The notes under the pieces were generated by a model. That model saw only the letters and a program-made list of their open reading frames with translations. It was not told where the DNA came from and searched no databases. This document shows, piece by piece, positions 8,586 through 16,770 of a DNA stretch of 64,000 bases. The stretch is taken from positions 8,917 through 72,916 of the forward strand of contig JBAZIW010000003.1 in NCBI GenBank assembly GCA_041651655.1, in the 5' to 3' direction. The position numbers were made by a program, and so were the translations under genes. The stretch comes from Minisyncoccota bacterium (GTDB lineage Bacteria > Patescibacteriota > Minisyncoccia > Minisyncoccales > Minisyncoccaceae). The first letter of the stretch is position 1. The number at the start of each line of letters is the position of its first letter.

Positions 8586-11095
8586 TTAACTTAGAAAAAA
8601 CAGACATTTGCGAAGCAGCACAAGTAGAACCTTTCTTCTGGTGCCTTAACCTCATTAAAAAGATTTCTCTCTTCTGTTTTGTTTTATTTTTAGCTTTCTA
8701 TGTCTACAACCTCATTAGTGCTCAAGAAACCGACCAGCTTTTTGGAGGAGCCATTATCACTCTGTCTCTTTTCTTTTTAATGTATAATCTTAATTCTTTT
8801 TTCAACGAATGCCTGAAAAGACTGAAAAGAAATACAACCCTCGAAAAAGCTTTAAGCGACAAGAGAGAAAATCTGGCTCAATTCCTTAATTTAAAATCAG
8901 CCAAGTATTTAGACGAAGCATATAGAAACTCAAAAAGAAAAGGATTACCTTATCCCAACTACGAAATAATCTTGGAAGCCTTTTTAGATGTTAAAAATCC
9001 TAAAATCATTTTTATCTTCTCAAGATTGTTGATTGATTTAAACGGACTAAAGAAAGAATTGAATTCAAAAGATTATTCAACTCAAGTAACAAGAGAAGAA
9101 TTTGAAGCCGTTTTTGAAGAAGCGGGAAAAATATCATTGAAAAGGGGAGGAGAAGAAATAAAAGAAGGTGATGTTATCGCGGCCTTGGCCAAAATTGAAC
9201 CCAATTTAAAACAAATCATTGTCGAATCGGATATTGAAGAAGAAGATTTTGAAAAGGTGAACGAATGGCAGGAAAGAATATATATTAAAATACAAAAAGC
9301 AAAACAATTCTGGGATTATGAAAATCTTTTGAAATTCGGATCATTAGGAAAAGATTGGACTGCCGGTTACACTCCTACTTTAGACAATTATTCCATCGAC
9401 TGGACCGATATTGTTAAAAGAAGGGGATTTGAAGATATTGTCGGCCACAAAGAAAGTGTTTCTCAATTGGAAAGAATCTTATCAAAGAAAGATGCTGGCA
9501 ATGCTTTGATTATCGGTGAACCGGGAACAGGAAGAAAAAACATCATTCACGGAGTGATTAAAAAAAGCTTAACCGGACAATCCTTACCTAATGTAAATAA
9601 CAATCGCTTTATCGAACTCGATATTATTTCTCTTTCTTCAACCACCACTTCTTTTGAGCAGATGGAAAGAATCTTAGAACAATGCTTCAGGGAGGTTTCT
9701 AATGCCGGCAATGTGATTTTAATCATTAACGACATTCATGACTTCTTAGGAGGCAAACAAAAGGCTGGAATCGTAGATATTTCCGGAATCCTTGGACCTT
9801 ATTTAAATTCTCCGTCTTTTAAGACTATCTGTTTAACTTCCTTTAAAGGATTGCATCAATACATTGAAGACAAGCCGTCTCTCTTAGCCCAATTCCAAAA
9901 AATAGAAGTTGAAGAGATGAGCAGTGAAGACACTTTGCATATTTTAGAGAATAAAGTTTTCAGATTAGAAACCGAACACCAGAAATTCATTCCTTTTAAT
10001 TCTTTAAAAGAAACTGTTGTTTTGTGTGAAAAATATATTTCTAATTTTCCTTTCCCGCAAAAAGCAATCAATCTTTTAGATGAAGCGGTGATATACAGTA
10101 GCCGAGATGCCGAAACAAATATTGTCATGCCGGAACATATTGATAAGATGCTTTCGGAAAAAACAAAAATCCCGGTTGGAAAAATTAGAAGTAAAGAAAA
10201 AGAAGTCTTATTGAACCTTGAAGAAACATTACATAAAAGAGTGGTCGGACAACACGAAGCGATTGATGAGATATCTTCGGCCTTACGAAGGGCCAGAACA
10301 GGCGTACAGACCCGCAAAGGACCAATGGGAAGCTTCTTGTTCTTAGGACCAACTGGAGTTGGAAAAACAGAAACCGCTAAAGCTTTAGCAGAAACATATT
10401 TCGGTTCAGAAGAAAAGATGATCAGAATCGATATGTCTGAATTCCAAAGAATCGATGACATTCCCAGACTTCTCGGTTCCGACGGACAACCAGGAATACT
10501 AACCTCCCAGGTTTCAGAAAATCCATTCTCTTTAGTTTTATTGGATGAAATAGAAAAAGCTCATCCCGATATTTTAAATGTCTTCCTTCAGGTATTGGAT
10601 GAAGGATATGTTAATGATAATTTGGGAAGAAAAATCAGCTTTACCAACACTATTATCATCGCTACCTCCAATGCCGGCTACAAGACCATTTTAAAGGCAA
10701 TAGAAGAGGATAAAGAGATGCCAGAGATAAAAAGAGAACTAATGTCTGACATCTTTGAAAAAGGAACCTTCAGGCCGGAGTTCATTAACAGGTTTGACGG
10801 AACAATCGTTTTCAAATCTTTAACTAAAGAAGATTTATTAATGATTGCTCAAATACAATTAAATAAATTGAATAATAATTTAAAGATAAAAAAGATTCAA
10901 TTAGTTATTACCGAAGAATTGAAGAATAAAATAGTTGAATTGAGTTACGACCCGGTCTTCGGAGCCAGAGAAATGAAAAGAGTCATTCAAGACAAGGTTG
11001 AAAATGTCATTGCGAGAAACCTCTTAAAAGATGCCATTCCTCAGGGAAGCAAGGTTCAAGTTGACCCCAATACTTTTGCGATAAATATTTCTTAA
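8582..11095 (+). CDS. ClpA/ClpB-family AAA+ ATPase with an N-terminal membrane segment
   Basis: The second nucleotide-binding domain is canonical (VGQHEAIDEISSALRRARTG...FLFLGPTGVGKTETAKALA, LLDEIEKAHPD, sensor GAREMKRVI). The first domain has the atypical P-loop GEPGTGRKN. The N-terminal ~70 aa are hydrophobic. Confidence 0.85.
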   Translation: MINLEKTDICEAAQVEPFFWCLNLIKKISLFCFVLFLAFYVYNLISAQETDQLFGGAIITLSLFFLMYNLNSFFNECLKRLKRNTTLEKALSDKRENLAQFLNLKSAKYLDEAYRNSKRKGLPYPNYEIILEAFLDVKNPKIIFIFSRLLIDLNGLKKELNSKDYSTQVTREEFEAVFEEAGKISLKRGGEEIKEGDVIAALAKIEPNLKQIIVESDIEEEDFEKVNEWQERIYIKIQKAKQFWDYENLLKFGSLGKDWTAGYTPTLDNYSIDWTDIVKRRGFEDIVGHKESVSQLERILSKKDAGNALIIGEPGTGRKNIIHGVIKKSLTGQSLPNVNNNRFIELDIISLSSTTTSFEQMERILEQCFREVSNAGNVILIINDIHDFLGGKQKAGIVDISGILGPYLNSPSFKTICLTSFKGLHQYIEDKPSLLAQFQKIEVEEMSSEDTLHILENKVFRLETEHQKFIPFNSLKETVVLCEKYISNFPFPQKAINLLDEAVIYSSRDAETNIVMPEHIDKMLSEKTKIPVGKIRSKEKEVLLNLEETLHKRVVGQHEAIDEISSALRRARTGVQTRKGPMGSFLFLGPTGVGKTETAKALAETYFGSEEKMIRIDMSEFQRIDDIPRLLGSDGQPGILTSQVSENPFSLVLLDEIEKAHPDILNVFLQVLDEGYVNDNLGRKISFTNTIIIATSNAGYKTILKAIEEDKEMPEIKRELMSDIFEKGTFRPEFINRFDGTIVFKSLTKEDLLMIAQIQLNKLNNNLKIKKIQLVITEELKNKIVELSYDPVFGAREMKRVIQDKVENVIARNLLKDAIPQGSKVQVDPNTFAINIS

Positions 11096-11108
11096 TAAAG
11101 AAAAATCA

Positions 11109-11157
11109 CTGTGGATAATTAACACCTAAAAAGGTGTTTTTTATTTCCCTGTGGATA
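11109..11157. promoter_or_regulatory. two perfect DnaA-box 9-mers (TGTGGATAA = TTATCCACA)
   Basis: TGTGGATAA at 11109-11117 and 11149-11157, in the same orientation. A third 8/9 copy AGTGGATAA is at 11287-11295. Confidence 0.5.
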
Positions 11158-11206
11158 ACTCAAAAAAACCTTTTAAATAAAGGGCTTTTGACGTGTTGAC
11201 GAGTGG

Positions 11207-11235
11207 TTGACAAGTTTTTTCAAGTGGTGTAAAAT
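11207..11235 (+). promoter_or_regulatory. promoter of the mraZ (dcw) operon
   Basis: TTGACA 11207-11212, 17-nt spacer, TAAAAT 11230-11235. Confidence 0.6.
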
Positions 11236-11243
11236 GGTCTTAC

Positions 11244-11268
11244 AGTGTTAATAAGTGGGGGAAAGTGT
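11244..11268 (+). promoter_or_regulatory. candidate MraZ operator (three AGTG[GT] direct repeats with 10-bp period)
   Basis: AGTGT 11244, AGTGG 11254 and AGTGT 11264. Further phased copies are at 11202, 11223 and 11287. Confidence 0.5.
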
Positions 11269-11303
11269 GGAAAACACCAAAACCCTAGTGGATAACCAAA
11301 AAC

Positions 11304-11735
11304 ATGATCATCGGTCAATACAATTACAATTTAGACCCAAAGAAGAGGTTAACCATTCCTACTAAATTTAGAAATGTCTTATCAGAAGGCGCTGTCATAA
11401 CCAGAGGTATTGATGGATGCCTTTTTTTGTACCCACAAAAACAATGGAACGAATTAGCTGACAAGTTAAGCAAACTTCCTTTATCACAATCCAATGCCAG
11501 AAGCTTTGCAAGAGTAATGCTAGCCGGAGCGATGGATGTTAAAGTTGATAGCCTAGGAAGAATTTTAATCCCTGATTATTTGAAAGAATACGCAAAGTTA
11601 AACAAGAGTGTTGTTATCGCCGGTCTATACGACAGAATTGAAATCTGGGATGAAGATGCTTGGAAGAAATACGGACAAACAACCAACACCCAAGTTGAAA
11701 GCATGGCTGAAGGATTAAAAGAATTAGGAATATAA
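11304..11735 (+). CDS. mraZ: transcriptional regulator MraZ
   Basis: Two SpoVT/AbrB-like halves with the DxxxR-type motifs LDPKKRLTIP and VDSLGRILIP. Located directly upstream of rsmH. Confidence 0.92.
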   Translation: MIIGQYNYNLDPKKRLTIPTKFRNVLSEGAVITRGIDGCLFLYPQKQWNELADKLSKLPLSQSNARSFARVMLAGAMDVKVDSLGRILIPDYLKEYAKLNKSVVIAGLYDRIEIWDEDAWKKYGQTTNTQVESMAEGLKELGI

Positions 11736-11736
11736 G

Positions 11737-12597
11737 ATGCACATACCAGTATTATTAAAAGAGGTCATTGAATACTTAGATATCAAGCCCGCAGGAAACT
11801 ATATCGACTGCACCTTGAACGGTGGCGGACATACCAGAGAGATATTAAAGAGAACCAAAGGAAAAGTATTGGGAATCGAAATAGATAAAGAGATATTTGA
11901 AAAGATTGAAAGAGAAAAGATAGAAAGATTGATTCCAATCAATGATTCATACATTAACATTAAGAGGATAGCAGAAGAGAACGGATTTAATAAGGTAGAG
12001 GGAATACTATTCGATATCGGAATGTCTTCATACCATATCGATGAAGCGGAGAGGGGATTCAGCTTTAACAAAGACGAACCACTGATAATGAATTACTCAA
12101 CCGGATTAACCGCTGAAGAAATATTAAATGAATGGAGCGAAGATGAGATTGAAAAAATATTAAAAGAATACGGCGAAGAAGATTTCAGTAAAAAGATAGC
12201 AAAAAAGATTATCGAAAGAAGAAAAGGAGAAAGAATAAAAAGCACCTTGCAATTAGTAAATATTATCAAAGAAGCGACTCCCGGATGGTACCATCATTCT
12301 AAAACACACTTTGCCACGAGAACCTTCCAAGCGCTTCGCATCAAAGTCAATAACGAGCTGGATAACTTCCGTAAAGCTCTCCCAGAGGCGTTAGAACTGT
12401 TAGAAAAGGAGGGAAGGTTAGTAGCCATTTCCTTCCATTCCTTAGAAGACAGGATTATCAAAGAATTCCTAAAGGAGAAAGAGAAAAACGGAGAAGTTAA
12501 AATAATAACCAAAAAGCCGATTGTTCCTCAAGATGAAGAGATAGCTCTTAATCCGAGAAGCAGATCGTCAAAATTAAGAGCCGCAATAAAAATATAA
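11737..12597 (+). CDS. rsmH: 16S rRNA (cytosine1402-N4)-methyltransferase RsmH
   Basis: MHIPVLLKEVIEYL...DCTLNGGGH...FDIGMSSYH...SFHSLEDRIIK is the typical MraW/RsmH signature. Confidence 0.93.
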   Translation: MHIPVLLKEVIEYLDIKPAGNYIDCTLNGGGHTREILKRTKGKVLGIEIDKEIFEKIEREKIERLIPINDSYINIKRIAEENGFNKVEGILFDIGMSSYHIDEAERGFSFNKDEPLIMNYSTGLTAEEILNEWSEDEIEKILKEYGEEDFSKKIAKKIIERRKGERIKSTLQLVNIIKEATPGWYHHSKTHFATRTFQALRIKVNNELDNFRKALPEALELLEKEGRLVAISFHSLEDRIIKEFLKEKEKNGEVKIITKKPIVPQDEEIALNPRSRSSKLRAAIKI

Positions 12598-12601
12598 AAA
12601 C

Positions 12602-12898
12602 ATGACCATCGCAAAAAACAATTCAAAAAGATTCTTCATGGTAATAACCTTAGCCTGCTTAGCCTTAGTTTGCTTTTATATTTTTCAGGTGGTAAAATTG
12701 ACTGAGTCGGGATATATAAAAGGAGAAAGAGAAACAACTATCAAAGAATTGAAGAAAGAAGTAGCTTCTTTAAAGCTTTCTGTTTCTAAAGACAGAAACC
12801 TCGTTAATATTGAAGAAAAGGTTTTAGAAGAAGGCTTTGAAAAGGTGAGTAAGCTAAACTATATCGTTGTTTCTGAAGCATCCGTTGCTTCCAAATAG
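12602..12898 (+). CDS. FtsL-like cell division membrane protein
   Basis: 98 aa with a single TM followed by a coiled-coil-like segment. Positioned between rsmH and the PBP gene. Confidence 0.6.
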   Translation: MTIAKNNSKRFFMVITLACLALVCFYIFQVVKLTESGYIKGERETTIKELKKEVASLKLSVSKDRNLVNIEEKVLEEGFEKVSKLNYIVVSEASVASK

Positions 12899-12904
12899 TT
12901 TCTT

Positions 12905-14626
12905 ATGTCTAATTTAAGAATAAACATCGTCATTGTCATCATCTTTTTAATAGGAGGGATAGTTTTATCCCGCTTATTTTATTTACAAATAGATCAGGCA
13001 GAATTTTATAAAGCCATGGCCCAAGGCCAACAGACCTCTTTATCGGAAACTCAGGGAGAAAGGGGAGAGGTAGCGTTTAAAAACGGAGAGATCTTGGCGA
13101 TGACCGAAAAAGAAGCCTATCTTTTTGTTTCTCCGGAAGAAATAAAAGAAAAAGAATCAACTGCGCAGATATTAGCCACCGAAACCGGAAAAGACGTATC
13201 TGTTCTTTTAAGTCTAATGAGTAAATCGGGAAGCTTCTACGAAATAGTAGAAGAAAGTATCAGCAAAGACAGGGCTGATAAAATTTCTGATTTAGAATTA
13301 GAGGGAGTGCATATCGGATACAAAACTAAAAGATACTATCCTCAAGAAGATACAGCTTCGCAAATCATCGGCTTCATCAATCAAGAAGGATTAGGCCAAT
13401 ACGGACTCGAAAGCTACTACGATGAACAGATAAAGGGAGAAACGACTGTTTCTAAGACTGAAAAGAATCCCTGGAGCTTCCTTTTTAAGCTTTCAGAAAA
13501 AGAATCTCTTAATGGAGCTTCTCTCGGTTTAACGATTGATTACAATATTCAATACATGGCGGAAAAAGTATTGTCTGCCGGGGTAAAAAAATATGCAGCC
13601 GAAGGAGGAGAAATAATTGTCATGAATCCCAACACCGGAGCAATCATCGCCATGGCTCAGAGTCCCAATTTCAATCCCAATAATTACCATGATGCATCAA
13701 TGGAATCTTTCCAAAATTCATGCGTCCAAAAATTATTCGAACCAGGCTCTATTTTTAAACCGATAACCATGGCTATGGCTATTAATGAAAAAGCGGTAAC
13801 ATCCGATACTGTTTTTGATGATAAACTAGGATATGCCCAATGTGGAACATATAAGGTATACAATTATTCACAAAAAGTCTGGGGCAAGGTAACCATGACT
13901 GAAGTTTTACAAGGTTCCATTAATACCGGAGTCATGTATGCGGAAAACCTAATTGGAAACAATAAATTCTATAACTATCTAAAATCATTCGGACTCTTTG
14001 AAAATACCGATATTGATTTAAGTGGAGAAGTATCTTCAAGAAACAATCAATTAAAAGAAGCTCTGGAAAGCAATAACCCGAACAACACCAGTTTTCCCAA
14101 TGCTTCTTTTGGACAAGGAATAGGAATTACTCCTTTGCAAATGATCAGAGCTTTTTCCACCATTATTAACGGAGGAAAACTATACAAGCCATATGTTGTT
14201 GAAACAATCACAACAGGGGACAAGACGGAAAAGATAGAACCGGTGATAGTTAAGGAAAATGTTGTCTCACCAGAAACCAGTACGACTTTAAAAAGCATGC
14301 TTATTAATGTAGTTGAAAAAGGATTTGGACACTTAGCGAAGATTCCCGGCTACTGGATTGGAGGCAAAACCGGAACCTCCCAGGTCCCTTACACTTCTTT
14401 AGGGATAAGCAAAGCCGGATATTCAGAACATACCTGGCAAACCTTTATGGGATTCGCTCCCGCTTTAGATCCTAAATTCATTATTCTGGTAAAATTAAAT
14501 AATCCGACCGCCACTAAAACATCTGAATATTCAGCCGTGCCTGTTTTCCATGATTTAGCCAAATACATCATTGATTACTGGCAAATTCAGCCTGATTACG
14601 ATGAAACGAGCTTGGACAAAGAGTAA
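12905..14626 (+). CDS. ftsI: penicillin-binding protein (FtsI/PBP2-type transpeptidase)
   Basis: N-terminal TM. Candidate transpeptidase motifs: SxxK-like SIFK (in LFEPGSIFKP) and KTG (GGKTGTSQ). dcw-cluster position. Confidence 0.85.
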   Translation: MSNLRINIVIVIIFLIGGIVLSRLFYLQIDQAEFYKAMAQGQQTSLSETQGERGEVAFKNGEILAMTEKEAYLFVSPEEIKEKESTAQILATETGKDVSVLLSLMSKSGSFYEIVEESISKDRADKISDLELEGVHIGYKTKRYYPQEDTASQIIGFINQEGLGQYGLESYYDEQIKGETTVSKTEKNPWSFLFKLSEKESLNGASLGLTIDYNIQYMAEKVLSAGVKKYAAEGGEIIVMNPNTGAIIAMAQSPNFNPNNYHDASMESFQNSCVQKLFEPGSIFKPITMAMAINEKAVTSDTVFDDKLGYAQCGTYKVYNYSQKVWGKVTMTEVLQGSINTGVMYAENLIGNNKFYNYLKSFGLFENTDIDLSGEVSSRNNQLKEALESNNPNNTSFPNASFGQGIGITPLQMIRAFSTIINGGKLYKPYVVETITTGDKTEKIEPVIVKENVVSPETSTTLKSMLINVVEKGFGHLAKIPGYWIGGKTGTSQVPYTSLGISKAGYSEHTWQTFMGFAPALDPKFIILVKLNNPTATKTSEYSAVPVFHDLAKYIIDYWQIQPDYDETSLDKE

Positions 14627-14652
14627 TATATATGATATCTAAAGATTGTATT

Positions 14653-14728
14653 GGTCCTATCGTCTAGAGGCCTAGGACATTAGATTCTCAATCTAAGAAC
14701 ACCGGTTCGAATCCGGTTAGGACCGCCA
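14653..14728 (+). tRNA. tRNA-Glu (anticodon CTC), CCA encoded
   Basis: Hand-folded cloverleaf: acceptor GGTCCTA/TAGGACC, anticodon stem TTAGA/TCTAA with loop TTCTCAA, T-arm ACCGG-TTCGAAT-CCGGT, then G-CCA. Confidence 0.9.
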
Positions 14729-14769
14729 ATTCATCTAAATGTAACTTTCTACTCTTTTTTTGTTTTATA

Positions 14770-15101
14770 AAAAAAGAAGAGGGACTGTTGATTTCAACAT
14801 TCCCTACAATATTGGTCCAGAGGTTTTTTGAACTTTCTCAGATGAGAGTATCTCATTGTCGACTCGTGCGATCATTAAGACGCGATCAAGAACCGGAGTC
14901 TTGCAATAGTGATTAGCTCACCATGCTTTACACTTGATCTCATTGTCTCCTCTTCTATTCTGCGAACCTGAGTCGTTTCTTCAAAACCAGTTGCCGGGAC
15001 TCGAACCCGAATTCCTTTCCTTTTTCTATTTTCCATAGCTAATGTTAGGAAAACCATATCCGGAAAGGCGCTTGCCGGAAGCCAACGCTTTTATCTGAAC
15101 C
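14770..15101 (-). ncRNA. candidate ~330-nt ncRNA containing a tRNA-like T-arm (unclassified)
   Basis: Minus-strand TTGACA (15135-15130)-N16-TAATAT (15113-15108) promoter. Terminator hairpin GGGA-TGTTGA..TCAACA-TCCC (14781-14804) followed by UCUUCUUUUUUU. Internal CGGGTTCGAGTCCCG (complement of 14995-15009). Confidence 0.35.
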
Positions 15102-15199
15102 AGCCTTATATTAGTTCAAATATTAAATTTGTCAATATTTGATAAAACTTTATTGACAGAATAAAATCATGTATATACAATTAATTTGGAGGTTTAAAA

Positions 15200-15271
15200 A
15201 TGGCATCTGGTATACTAATTGCTCTTCTTGGTCTTGGAGCAGTAGCCTGGATAATAACAAGGAGACGCTAA
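15200..15271 (+). CDS. 23-aa hydrophobic peptide MASGILIALLGLGAVAWIITRRR
   Basis: TTGACA-N17-TACAAT promoter (~15153-15181). GGAGG lies 8 nt before ATG 15200. A hairpin plus T-run terminator is at ~15273-15306. Confidence 0.45.
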   Translation: MASGILIALLGLGAVAWIITRRR

Positions 15272-15388
15272 AAGGTTTGCACATAACATGCAGCCTTTAT
15301 TTTTTTACTATCAACAGACTCAAAACTGACTTTTAGTCTGTTTTTGTTTATGATATAATAATAAAAAATAAGTATTGATAATTATAAA

Positions 15389-16351
15389 ATGACAACTCTA
15401 CTTTATATCCTTGTTTTCCTTGCTTCCTGTTTTGCTTTTTATCTATCGGGAGAATTGATAGTCAAAAGTTTGATAAAAATTGCTAAATTTCTCGGTTGGA
15501 AAGAATTCGTAGTTTCTTTTTTGGTAATGGCTCTGGTTGGATCTTTACCCAATCTATTTGTCGGTATTTCTTCAGCCCTGCATAATGTTCCGCAACTATC
15601 ATTCGGAGATGTTATCGGAGGAAACGTGGTAGATATGACTTTAGCAATCGCTTTGGCAGCTTTTTTTGCTAAAGGAGGAATTCCCGCTAAAAGCAAAACT
15701 GTACACAGCACTTTATTATTCACCGTTATTGCCGCTATTCTACCGATACTTCTTGTATGGGATAATAATCTTTCTCGAATTGACGGTGTCATTATGATTT
15801 CCTTCTTCTTTATATATGTTGCCTGGTTATTCTCTAAAAAAGAAAGGTTTACCAAGACTTGTGAAGATAGTGAAGCTCCGACTAAAAGCTTTAAGGCTTC
15901 TTTCAGTGGAGTATTTAAGATTCTTTTAAGTTTAGCGGTCTTTGCTATTGCTTCCGAAGGAATAGTGAGATCAGCCAAATACTTTGCCATTACTTTTGAT
16001 TGGCCAATCGTTTTAATCGGTTTATTCATTGTCGGATTAGGGAATTGTGCCCCGGAAATATTCTTTGCTATCTCTTCTGCGAAAAAGAATATGGAATGGA
16101 TGATTTTGGGAGATTTGATGGGAACAATCGTTGCTCCCGCCACCCTGGTTTTGGGAATCGTCGCTTTGATCAATCCGATCTATATCTCTGACTTTTCTCC
16201 CTTCGGAGTCGCCAGAATCTTCTTATTTATCGCGATAATCTTCTTCTTTTTCTTTATCAAAAACGACAGTCAAATTACCAAGAAAGAGGCTATCTTCCTG
16301 CTCTTTATCTATATCGCTTTCATCTTAACCGAGGTCTTTATCAGAATCTAA
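15389..16351 (+). CDS. Ca2+/cation antiporter (CaCA, Na+/Ca2+ exchanger family) membrane protein
   Basis: Two alpha-repeat signatures: GDVIGGNVVDMTLAIAL and GLGNCAPEIFFAISSA. About 10 TM segments. Confidence 0.8.
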   Translation: MTTLLYILVFLASCFAFYLSGELIVKSLIKIAKFLGWKEFVVSFLVMALVGSLPNLFVGISSALHNVPQLSFGDVIGGNVVDMTLAIALAAFFAKGGIPAKSKTVHSTLLFTVIAAILPILLVWDNNLSRIDGVIMISFFFIYVAWLFSKKERFTKTCEDSEAPTKSFKASFSGVFKILLSLAVFAIASEGIVRSAKYFAITFDWPIVLIGLFIVGLGNCAPEIFFAISSAKKNMEWMILGDLMGTIVAPATLVLGIVALINPIYISDFSPFGVARIFLFIAIIFFFFFIKNDSQITKKEAIFLLFIYIAFILTEVFIRI

Positions 16352-16415
16352 GCCGATTATTGACTATCTGACGATAAAATGATATAAACAAAAAGTATTA
16401 ATTAAGCAAAAAAAC

Positions 16416-16727
16416 ATGTTAGCAGTAATAAAAACAGGAGGAAAACAATACAGAGTTTCCCCGAAAGACAAATTAAAGATAGAAAAGATTGCCGCCGAAG
16501 AAGGCGCTGAAGTTGTATTTGACAATGTTCTTTTGGTTGAGAATGGAAAAGACTTAACTATCGGAGAACCATTAGTTAAAGGAGCTACCGTAACTGCCAA
16601 GGTTTTAAAACAAGCCAAAGCTGATAAGGTAATGACTTTCAAATACAAATCAAAGAAAAGATACAAACTTAAGAAAGGACACCGACAACAGTATACTGAA
16701 GTTGAAATCGTCGACGTCAAGAACTAA
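16416..16727 (+). CDS. rplU: 50S ribosomal protein L21
   Basis: MLAVIKTGGKQYRVSPKDKLKIEKI...KKGHRQQYTEVEI is typical L21. Confidence 0.94.
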   Translation: MLAVIKTGGKQYRVSPKDKLKIEKIAAEEGAEVVFDNVLLVENGKDLTIGEPLVKGATVTAKVLKQAKADKVMTFKYKSKKRYKLKKGHRQQYTEVEIVDVKN

Positions 16728-16743
16728 TTAAACTATTTAAAAA

Positions 16744-16770
16744 CCTGCTTCTCTATGGAGCAGGTTTTTT
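16744..16770. terminator. bidirectional terminator between rplU and dnaB
   Basis: CCTGCT..AGCAGG hairpin flanked by an A-run and a T-run. Confidence 0.7.

Noticed and set aside
9856-10461. Long antisense shadow ORFs, such as 9856..10461(-), 15439..16173(-), 22156..22539(+), 48264..48683(-) and 58126..58677(+)
   Set aside because: Each lies opposite a gene with unambiguous family motifs (Clp ATPase, CaCA transporter, cysK, rplI, adk). Each has Ser/Leu/Phe-rich low-complexity translations typical of antisense frames in AT-rich DNA.
11105-11300. Chromosomal replication origin (oriC)
   Set aside because: There are only two perfect DnaA boxes and one near-perfect box. No dnaA or dnaN gene is adjacent, and no obvious AT-rich 13-mer unwinding element is visible. 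The repeats also fit an MraZ operator. It is kept as a finding but not called as oriC.
14875-15057. 60-aa minus-strand ORF overlapping the tRNA-like T-arm
   Set aside because: There is no RBS or leaderless-type -10 spacing at its ATG. The sequence contains a canonical T-arm and several hairpins. It is treated as non-coding, although a protein homology search should confirm this.
14770-15101. tmRNA or RNase P RNA assignment
   Set aside because: No 3'-terminal UCCACCA acceptor end and no Ala-ending tag ORF, which argues against tmRNA. No GGAAAGUCC or ACAGAA-CCGGCUUA conserved regions, which argues against RNase P. Left as an unclassified candidate.
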